This document shows positions 1 through 5,664 of a DNA stretch of 21,933 nucleotides, in pieces (the first letter of the stretch is position 1; each line of letters starts with the position of its first letter). The DNA is from Deltaproteobacteria bacterium (GTDB lineage: Bacteria > Myxococcota_A > Polyangia > Haliangiales > JADYYK01), in contig JADYYK010000107.1 of the NCBI GenBank assembly GCA_020853705.1, positions 1 to 21,933 of the forward strand, read 5' to 3'. The position numbers and the translations under genes were made by a program. The notes beneath the pieces are model-generated. The model was given only the letters and a program-made list of their open reading frames with translations. It was not told where the DNA came from and ran no database searches.

Positions 1-2
1 AC

Positions 3-740
3 GAGGACATCACGGTCCAGCTGGGCCTGGGCATGTCCAAGACGATGTATGAGTGGATCGAGAAGTTCTTCACCCGCGACATCGTCCGCAAGGACGGCGC
101 CATCGTCTCCGCCGACTTCAACTTCAAGGAGCAGAGCCGGCGCGAGTTCAAGCAGGCCATCATCACCGAGATGACCTTCCCCGCGCTCGACGGCGCCGAC
201 AAGAACCCCGGTTACCTGACCATCAAGCTGTCGCCCGAGAAGATCAGCTACGCCACCGCGACCGGCGGCAAGACCCTCGACAAGGGCAAGCAGCGCATCG
301 AGCAGAAGACCTGGAAGCCGTCCAACTTCGAGGTCAGCATCGGCAAGGGTGAGCTCAAGTGCGGCCGCATCACCAAGGTCGAGAGCTTCACCATCAAGCA
401 GACCATGCTCGACAACAAGACCGGCGCCAGCCGCGAGTTCCAGCGCGTGCCGGGGCGGATCGAGTGGCCGAACATCACGCTCTACGTGCCCGAGGTCGAC
501 GTCCAGAGCTGGCTCGACTGGCACGATGACGAGGTCATCAAGGGCAAGGGCAAGGAGACCCAGAAGCAGGGCTGGATCTCGCTCAAGGCGCCCGACCTCC
601 AGAAAGAGCTCCTGCACATCAACCTGACCAACGTCGGCATCGCCTCCATCAGCGCCGAGAAGGCCGAGGCCGGTACCGAGCAGCTGCGCAAGTGGAAGAT
701 CGAGCTGCACGTCGATCAGATGAACTGCGAGTACAAGTAG
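3..740 (+). CDS. Phage-tail / contractile-injection-system tube-like protein (T4 gp19-type tube fold) with two tandem tube domains. The 5' end is probably outside the window.
   Basis: The frame is open from nt 3 (EDITVQLGLG precedes the first ATG at 33). The C-terminal ~140 aa form a complete tube-family domain (FEVSIGKG...VESFTIKQ...RVPGRIEWPNITLYVPEVDVQSWLDW...WKIELHVDQMNCEY). The N-terminal part repeats the back half of the same pattern (ITVQLGLGMSKTMYEWI...KDGAIVSADFNFKEQSRREFKQAIITEMTFPALDG...LTIKLSPEKISY), so the first domain is cut by the window edge. Codon usage is strongly GC3-biased. Confidence 0.55.
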   Translation, partial: EDITVQLGLGMSKTMYEWIEKFFTRDIVRKDGAIVSADFNFKEQSRREFKQAIITEMTFPALDGADKNPGYLTIKLSPEKISYATATGGKTLDKGKQRIEQKTWKPSNFEVSIGKGELKCGRITKVESFTIKQTMLDNKTGASREFQRVPGRIEWPNITLYVPEVDVQSWLDWHDDEVIKGKGKETQKQGWISLKAPDLQKELLHINLTNVGIASISAEKAEAGTEQLRKWKIELHVDQMNCEYK

Positions 741-797
741 CTCGCAGCAGCCGCGCTCCGGCGCCGCAGGTCGTCGCCATCGCCATCGCCGGGCCAG

Positions 798-1400
798 CTA
801 CGGTTCGGACAGCAGCGCGCGCAGGGCTGCCTCGATGCCCCGGGCGTGCGGGCTGGCGGCTTCGGCTCGCCCCAGGGTGCGCGCGCGCAGCCGGCCAGCG
901 CGGTCGATGAGCAGGAAGGTCGGCCAGCCCTCGGCGCGCACCTGCTCGAAGTAGCGGCCGTCGGCGTCGATGTACACCGGCCAGCTGATGTGGCGCTGCT
1001 TCATGACCTCGGCGACCCGGGCCGGATCGCGCTCGCGCGAGGTCTGTGGGCTGTGCACCGAGATGACCACGAGATCCTTGCGGGCCGCCATGGCGGCGAC
1101 CCAGGGGTGGCTGGCGCGACAGTGCTCGCAGGCGAAGGTCCAGACCTCGAGCAGGACGACCTTGCCACGGGCGCTGGCCGGGGACATCGGCGGCCCCAGC
1201 CAGCGCGCGGGGTCGGCGGCCGGCAAGGCCAGGGGCTCGGCCTCGCGGGCCGACACCAGGGGCAGGGTCTCGACCTTGGCCGGCGCGGGGCAGCCGGTCA
1301 GGAGCAGGACGAGGACCACGGCGAGCTTGTGCACCGAGGCAGCATGCCCGTGCCCGAACGCACGTGCAACGGCGCTGGATTTGGCTAGTATCTGACCCAT
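798..1400 (-). CDS. Thioredoxin-fold (TlpA/redoxin-like) thiol-disulfide oxidoreductase lipoprotein
   Basis: CXXC motif in the typical context (VVLLEVWTFACEHCRAS). Lipobox LLLTGC. Redoxin-like downstream pattern (ISVHSP...WPVYIDADG...GWPTFLLIDRAGRL). ATG at 1400. An internal GTG at 1334 (VHKLAVVLVLLLTGC) would give a more typical short lipoprotein signal peptide. The 246-aa form on the ORF track (to 1538) is unlikely. Confidence 0.75.
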   Translation of the reverse strand: MGQILAKSSAVARAFGHGHAASVHKLAVVLVLLLTGCPAPAKVETLPLVSAREAEPLALPAADPARWLGPPMSPASARGKVVLLEVWTFACEHCRASHPWVAAMAARKDLVVISVHSPQTSRERDPARVAEVMKQRHISWPVYIDADGRYFEQVRAEGWPTFLLIDRAGRLRARTLGRAEAASPHARGIEAALRALLSEP

Positions 1401-2478
1401 GTCGGCCGTCGCCTCGCGCTCTCGCCACAAAGCCGCCGCTGCCGCCGCGCCGCCGCGGGTGTGGATGGTGTCGCCGACGTTCGACCTGTTCTTCTTCGTG
1501 GCCACCGCGCTGGTCGTGCTGGGCCCCTGGGTCGCCATCGAGCGCTACCACGTCAAGCCGTTCCTCGTGCTGGCCGCGGTGGCCATCGTGTCGAACGGTC
1601 CGCACCTGATCTCGACCTGGACCCGCGTCTACCTCGACGGCAACGAGCGCTGGCGCCGCCCCTTCGCCTACTGGGTCATCCCCGGCGCCATCGCCGCGGC
1701 GGTGGTCTACTTCGTCATGCACGAGGGCGCCCGGTCGACCACGCTGCGCACCGTGCTGTTCTACTGGGCCTGGTGGCACTTCCTGGCGCAGAACTGGGGC
1801 ATCCTCAGGATCTACCAGCGCCGCGCCGGCGAGGCCGACAAGCGTGTGGTCCTGCTGGAGCGCACCGTGCTCTACGTGGGCGCGCTGTTCCCGCTGCTCC
1901 GGCGCCTGCACACCGGGCCGTGGACGCTGTTCGGGTCGCCGATCCGGCACCCTGACGTGCCGCGCTGGTTGGTCAACGGGATGGCCTGGGGGCTGGCGGC
2001 ACTGGCGGCGCTGTACCTGGCGGTGCTCATCATGCGCGCGCTGCGCGGGCAGGCGGTGCACATCATCCGGCCGCTGATGATTGCGGCGTCGTGCTTCGCG
2101 TTCTTCGTCCCCTTCGTGCTGATCAAGCGCAGCGGCACCGCGGCCTTCGCGGCGGCGGCATGCTGGCACGGCCTGCAGTACCTGGGCATCGTGTGGTTCT
2201 ACAACCGCAACCGCTGGAAGGACGGCGTCGACAAGCGCGCCACCGTGGTGTCGTGGGTGTCGCAGCCGCGGCGCGGGGTACCCTACTTCCTGATGCTGCT
2301 GGCGCTGGCCGGCCTGCTGTATGCCGGGCTGACGGTGGGGGCCATGCTGGTGTGGGACGCGCAGACCTGGGGCGCCCTGGTCTGGCTGTCCTTCACCTTC
2401 GGTCACTACTGGCTGGATGGCGTGATCTGGAAGCTGCGCAAGAAGGAAGTGTCGCGCCAGCTGGTGGCGCCGGCGTAG
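1399..2478 (+). CDS. Polytopic inner-membrane protein of unknown family with four conserved-looking intramembrane His motifs
   Basis: Roughly 8-9 hydrophobic segments. Motifs GPHLISTW, WWHFLAQNWG, CWHGLQYLG and FGHYWLDGVIWK. GC3-biased codon usage throughout. The start is uncertain: ATG 1399 (Ala/Arg-rich leader) or ATG 1465 (MVSPTFDLFFF...). Confidence 0.6.
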   Translation: MSAVASRSRHKAAAAAAPPRVWMVSPTFDLFFFVATALVVLGPWVAIERYHVKPFLVLAAVAIVSNGPHLISTWTRVYLDGNERWRRPFAYWVIPGAIAAAVVYFVMHEGARSTTLRTVLFYWAWWHFLAQNWGILRIYQRRAGEADKRVVLLERTVLYVGALFPLLRRLHTGPWTLFGSPIRHPDVPRWLVNGMAWGLAALAALYLAVLIMRALRGQAVHIIRPLMIAASCFAFFVPFVLIKRSGTAAFAAAACWHGLQYLGIVWFYNRNRWKDGVDKRATVVSWVSQPRRGVPYFLMLLALAGLLYAGLTVGAMLVWDAQTWGALVWLSFTFGHYWLDGVIWKLRKKEVSRQLVAPA

Positions 2479-2497
2479 CAGCGCAGCGCGGGCGGGG

Positions 2498-2680
2498 CTA
2501 CCGCTTGCCCTTGTGCTTGCCGTTGCCGTTGTGCACGCAGGCGAAGCCGTTCCAGTGATGCGCCGGCGGGCACACCTTGCCCGGGCGACCGCGATCATGG
2601 TGGTGGCGGGGCCCGGTGCGGACCACGCAGCCGGTGAGCAGCAGAAAGCCCAGGGTGACACCTGTGGTGAGTTTTCGCAT
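2498..2680 (-). CDS. Small (60 aa) His/Cys-rich lipoprotein, function unknown
   Basis: MRKLTTGVTLGFLLLTGC is a classic signal peptide plus lipobox. The mature part is CVVRTGPRHHHDRGRPGKVCPPAHHWNGFACVHNGNGKHKGKR. The 89-aa version on the ORF track would run into the tRNA-Sec gene, so the ATG at 2680 is preferred. Confidence 0.5.
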   Translation of the reverse strand: MRKLTTGVTLGFLLLTGCVVRTGPRHHHDRGRPGKVCPPAHHWNGFACVHNGNGKHKGKR

Positions 2681-2728
2681 GGCCGATCTACGACCCATCG
2701 GGGTCCACCGATACGGTATCATCTCCGC

Positions 2729-2828
2729 GGAAGCGCGAGCGATTCTGGTGAGCGTCGCGGTCTTCAAAACCGCAGGGGCTCGGTGAAAGCCGCGGCCCGG
2801 GGAGTTCGATTCTCCTGCGCTTCCGCCA
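2729..2828 (+). tRNA. selC: tRNA-Sec (selenocysteine tRNA, anticodon UCA), CCA encoded
   Basis: 8-bp acceptor stem GGAAGCGC/GCGCTTCC. 6-bp D-stem (GCGATT/GAGCGT, with one A.G and two G.U pairs). Anticodon arm GCGGT-CTTCAAA-ACCGC with UCA. Long variable arm (GGGGCTCGG...CCGCGGCCC). T-arm GGGAG-TTCGATT-CTCCT with a closing G.T pair. Discriminator G followed by CCA. The layout is collinear with E. coli selC (8/5 fold). A possible -10 box TATCAT lies at 2717-2722. Confidence 0.93.
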
Positions 2829-2855
2829 TCACCCCGCGCGGTCGTGGCGGGCGAC

Positions 2856-3668
2856 TCAGCCGCGGGTGAAGAAGCGGGCCGCGGTCGCGGTGGTGTCGGC
2901 GGCGACCTCGGCGGCGGGGCGGCCGGTGGCGCGCGCCACCGCGGCCAGCACGTGGGGCAGGAAGGCGGGCTCGTTGCGGCCGTCGGCGGGGCGCGGGCGC
3001 AGATCGCGGGGCAGCAGGAAGGGGCCGTCGGTCTCCAGCATCAGGCGGTCGCGGGGCACCCGGCTGACCAGCTCGGCCAGGTGGTGGCCGCGGCGCTCGT
3101 CGCAGATCCAGCCGGTGATACCGATGTGACAGTCGATGGCCAGGTAGGCGTCGAGCTCGGCGCGGGTGCCGGTGAAGCAGTGCACCACGGCGGCGGGCAG
3201 GCGCGCGCGCAGGCCGCCGAGGATGGCCAGGAAGCGCTCGTGGGCGTCACGCTCGTGCAGGAAGACGGGCAGGCCCAGGCTGGCGGCCAGCTCGAGCTGC
3301 TGGCGGAAGGCGCGCTCCTGGTCGGGGCGCGGAGAGAAGTCGCGGTTGAAGTCGAGGCCGCACTCACCGATGGCGCGCACCTCGGGGGCGCGGGCCAGCG
3401 CCGCCAGCTCGGCCAGGGCGGCGTCGTCGAGGTGGCGCGCGTCGTGCGGGTGCACCCCGGCGGTGGCCAGCAGGCCGTCACGGCCGCGGGCCAGCGCGGC
3501 GGCCTCGCGGCTGGCGCGCACGCTGGTGCCGGTGATGACCAGGGTGTGCACGCCGGCGGCGTGGGCGCGCGCCACGACCTGGTCGCGGTCACGGGCGAAG
3601 CGGGCGTGGCCGAGGTTGATGCCGATGTCCCACAGCTCGTGCGGGGCGGGTTGTGATCGCGGATGCAT
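2856..3668 (-). CDS. tatD: TatD-family metal-dependent 3'-5' exonuclease/hydrolase
   Basis: Collinear with E. coli TatD along the whole length: WDIGINL...[23 protein letters not shown]...[10 protein letters not shown]...[30 protein letters not shown]...[13 protein letters not shown]...VVHCFTGT...[12 protein letters not shown]...[15 protein letters not shown]...[11 protein letters not shown] prefer the ATG at 3668. An in-frame ATG at 3746 would add a repeat-encoded [20 protein letters not shown] extension. Confidence 0.92.
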   Translation of the reverse strand: MHPRSQPAPHELWDIGINLGHARFARDRDQVVARAHAAGVHTLVITGTSVRASREAAALARGRDGLLATAGVHPHDARHLDDAALAELAALARAPEVRAIGECGLDFNRDFSPRPDQERAFRQQLELAASLGLPVFLHERDAHERFLAILGGLRARLPAAVVHCFTGTRAELDAYLAIDCHIGITGWICDERRGHHLAELVSRVPRDRLMLETDGPFLLPRDLRPRPADGRNEPAFLPHVLAAVARATGRPAAEVAADTTATAARFFTRG

Positions 3669-3686
3669 GGAGGGTTCTCTGTCTCT

Positions 3687-3746
3687 GTGCGTGGTGATAG
3701 GCGTGGTGATGGGGGTGGTGATGGGGTGCTTCATGGGGTGCTTCAT
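3687..3746. repeat. Five tandem 12-nt units between the tRNA-like gene and tatD
   Basis: Read on the minus strand: ATGAAGCACCCC x2, then ATCACCACCCCC, ATCACCACGCCT, ATCACCACGCAC. A sixth register (3747-3758, GGGGTGCGTGCG on the plus strand) runs into the acceptor 3' strand of the tRNA-like gene. Confidence 0.85.
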
Positions 3747-3750
3747 GGGG

Positions 3751-3825
3751 TGCGTGCGGCAGGACTTGCACCTGCAACCTTCGAGTTCCTTACGCTCGAC
3801 GCTCTGCTGTTGGAGCTACGCACGC
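3751..3825 (-). tRNA. Atypical tRNA-like gene. The cloverleaf is intact but the anticodon loop is 9 nt and the D/T loops are non-canonical. Identity undetermined.
   Basis: Minus-strand read: GCGTGCG TA GCTC CAACAGCA GAGC G TCGAG CGTAAGGAA CTCGA AGGTT GCAGG TGCAAGT CCTGC CGCACGC A. All four stems are perfect Watson-Crick (7+4+5+5 bp). U8, A21, G53-C61, T54, C56 and A58 are present. There is no G18G19 in the D-loop and position 55 is G. The anticodon loop is 9 nt, or 7 nt (GUAAGGA, anticodon AAG) if a C.A pair extends the stem. No CCA is encoded. Confidence 0.6.
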
Positions 3826-3849
3826 AGGCGCGGCCGGGGCCGCGTTGCG

Positions 3850-4275
3850 TCACTGTGCTACGGCGAGGGGGGGCAGATCCCCCGTGGCCGCGACCTCGGC
3901 CAGGATAGCGCGCCCGGCGGCGCGCAGCGCGGGCTCGAGCAGGCGGCCCCGGTAGCTGTTGCCCTCGATGGCGTCGAGCTCGCTGCCGAGCAGCGCGGCC
4001 TGCTCGGCCAGGCTGGCGACGCGCGACTCCTGGCCGGGCTGGCTGCGGCGCCAGCGCCGGAGGTGCAGGCGCCGGCGCAGGTGCGCGGTCAGCATGCACA
4101 GCAGGGTGGCGCGCCAGCGCGAGTCGAAGCGGCCCAGCCCGGTGGCTGGCGGCTGGCCGCGCTCGGCCAGCGGGCGCTTGCCCCAGGCCTTGAGGGCGCC
4201 GAGGTCGGCCGTGATGGCCGCGATCTCCATACGCAGGCGGGTGCGGATCTCTTGCTTCTGTTCTCTTGTCATCAT
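3850..4275 (-). CDS. Hypothetical protein (141 aa), Arg-rich helical, no recognisable family
   Basis: The ATG at 4275 is preceded by AGGAG at about 8 nt (CCAGGAGTGTATTGACATG). The ORF-track start at 4305 is a GTG that overlaps the upstream stop. GC3-biased after an AT-richer N-terminal stretch (ATGATGACAAGAGAACAGAAGCAAGAG). Confidence 0.55.
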   Translation of the reverse strand: MMTREQKQEIRTRLRMEIAAITADLGALKAWGKRPLAERGQPPATGLGRFDSRWRATLLCMLTAHLRRRLHLRRWRRSQPGQESRVASLAEQAALLGSELDAIEGNSYRGRLLEPALRAAGRAILAEVAATGDLPPLAVAQ

Positions 4276-4304
4276 GTCAATACACTCCTGGCTGACGGCA
4301 GCCA

Positions 4305-4652
4305 CTAGCGCAGCAGCGGCAGCCCTCCCAGGAGCCGCCTGAGCTGCTTGCGGTCACGGGGGGCCATCGGCACCACGCCGATGGCCATCAGCGACGAGGA
4401 CCCCGCGGAGCGGGGCTCGGCGTTGTCCTGCTCCGGGTTCTCCGCGCCTGACCAGGGCGGGTCGGGCTCGCGGATCTGGACGTGGGGCACGCCCCAGCGC
4501 ACGAGGCTCTGGGCCAGCGCGCGCAGCGCGGCCTCGTCCTCGACCATCAGCGCGACGGCGCGGGTACCGCTGGCCAGGCCGCCCGGGCTGGACTCGCCAG
4601 CGGCATGGATCAGCTGTGCGGCGATCATCCCCAGCGGGAGATCGCGGCGCAC
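4305..4652 (-). CDS. Peptidyl-tRNA hydrolase 2 (Pth2, archaeal/eukaryotic type)-like protein
   Basis: Pth2-like landmarks in order: (V)VRRDLPLGMIAAQLIHAA near the N-terminus, a central AVALMVEDEAALRALAQSLVRWGVPHVQIREPD, and a C-terminal LMAIGVVP...LRRLLGGLPLL. The size (115 aa) matches a single Pth2 domain. The only canonical start in the open frame is GTG at 4652, which falls inside the first conserved strand. There is an Asp/Glu/Pro-rich insertion before the last strand. Confidence 0.5.
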   Translation of the reverse strand: MRRDLPLGMIAAQLIHAAGESSPGGLASGTRAVALMVEDEAALRALAQSLVRWGVPHVQIREPDPPWSGAENPEQDNAEPRSAGSSSLMAIGVVPMAPRDRKQLRRLLGGLPLLR

Positions 4653-4735
4653 GACACAGCAGTGAGTGAGATCTACTGCGGGAGCGGCGGGGAGCTGGGC
4701 GTCAGCGGCAAGGTCGAGCGGTCATGATGGGACAG

Positions 4736-4764
4736 AGTCTTGGCACTTCGAGGCGCGCTGTCAA
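4736..4764 (-). promoter_or_regulatory. Candidate sigma70-type promoter for the pth2-like / hypothetical / tRNA-like / tatD string
   Basis: Minus strand: TTGACA (4764-4759), an exact 17-nt spacer, then AAGACT (4741-4736). It lies in the 148-bp gap upstream of the GTG at 4652. Sequence match only. Confidence 0.3.
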
Positions 4765-4800
4765 GGCGCTGTGTTGCAACTCGGTGGAAGGACTCTGCGT

Positions 4801-5616
4801 TCAGGGCTGACGGCGACCACCACCGCCACCGCCGGTCGGGCCGCCACCGCCCGCGCCGGCGGCGCCGCCGCCGAAGCCACCACCCGGGCCGCCCGGCCCG
4901 CGCCCGCGACCCTGCTGGCGCAGCTCCTCGTAGCTCGAGTACTGCTCCTCGCTGAGGATCTTCTTGGCGGCCTCGTCGGTGCTCTGGCGCAGCGCCCGCA
5001 TCTCCTCGAAGCCCTGGCGACCGCCCTGGCCGGGGCCGGCGGCGCGCAGCTTCTCCATCAGCTCGGTGCGCCTCTGCTGCTCGGCGTCCATGGCCGCCTT
5101 GAGCTGCTGCTCCTGCGCGGCCGACAGGCGCGCGGTGGTGACGAAGGCCTTGAAGCGCTCGGCCTGGGCCTGCTCGCGCTGCGTCATGCGCTCCTGGGCG
5201 CGCTCGGCGAAGACCTCGTCCTGTACCGAGCGGAAGATCTCCTTCACGCGGGCGCGGCCGGTCTGGGTCTCCATGGCCTGCCCGGTCAGCAGGGCGTCGA
5301 TGTCGCTGCGCAGATCGGCCAGCTCGGGCGCGCTGGCCGCGCTGGCGCCGGCGCCGCCCGTCGTCGCGCCGCCGCTCGAGACCCGCTTCTCCAGCGCATC
5401 GAGGCGGCGCGACAGCCCGGTGATGCGCCAGGACAGCTCGGCGGTCTCGTCGTCCGCCAGCGACCGCGCGGGCGGCCCCGGCGCGGGGTCGGACGGCTCC
5501 GGGCGCTCGACGCGGGGGCGTCGGGTCGGCGCGCTGGCGGCCGGGCGCCACAGCAGGGCGACCGCCAGGGCAGCCGCCGACAGCACGATGGGGGCGATGG
5601 TGAGCGCGCGCTTCAT
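4801..5616 (-). CDS. Secreted or membrane-anchored coiled-coil protein with LTXXQ-like motifs (Spy/CpxP-like, tentative) and a Gly-rich C-terminal tail
   Basis: AAGGAG lies 7-8 nt upstream of the ATG at 5616. N-terminal signal/anchor MKRALTIAPIVLSAAALAVALLW. Two LxxxQ-type motifs in helical context (ARLSAAQEQQLKAAM, KKILSEEQYSSYEEL). Tail GRGRGPGGPGGGFGGGAAGAGGGGPTGGGGGG. Confidence 0.6.
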   Translation of the reverse strand: MKRALTIAPIVLSAAALAVALLWRPAASAPTRRPRVERPEPSDPAPGPPARSLADDETAELSWRITGLSRRLDALEKRVSSGGATTGGAGASAASAPELADLRSDIDALLTGQAMETQTGRARVKEIFRSVQDEVFAERAQERMTQREQAQAERFKAFVTTARLSAAQEQQLKAAMDAEQQRRTELMEKLRAAGPGQGGRQGFEEMRALRQSTDEAAKKILSEEQYSSYEELRQQGRGRGPGGPGGGFGGGAAGAGGGGPTGGGGGGRRQP

Positions 5617-5664
5617 GACCGTGGTGACTCCTTGGTCGACAGACTACCTGGGGCGCGGCGCGAT

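Noticed and set aside
798-1400. The thioredoxin-like protein next to selC as a selenoprotein
   Set aside because: The redox motif is encoded as Cys-Glu-His-Cys with ordinary TGC codons. There is no in-frame TGA and no SECIS-like hairpin.
1398-1401. Divergent genes whose start codons overlap on a CATG (again at 12743-12746 between kinase 2 and the receiver)
   Set aside because: This is most likely an artefact of taking the longest ORFs. Better-supported internal starts exist: GTG 1334 or ATG 1465 for the first pair, and GTG 12676 for the kinase. These leave normal divergent intergenic regions.
2681-2767. The N-terminal extension of the small lipoprotein ORF (89-aa version)
   Set aside because: It would overlap the tRNA-Sec gene on the opposite strand, and it precedes a perfectly good Met plus signal peptide plus lipobox at 2680.
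2829-4800. A genomic island integrated at selC
   Set aside because: There is no integrase or recombinase, no direct repeat of the selC 3' end that I could find, and the immediate neighbour is a housekeeping-type tatD. GC content and codon style do not change.
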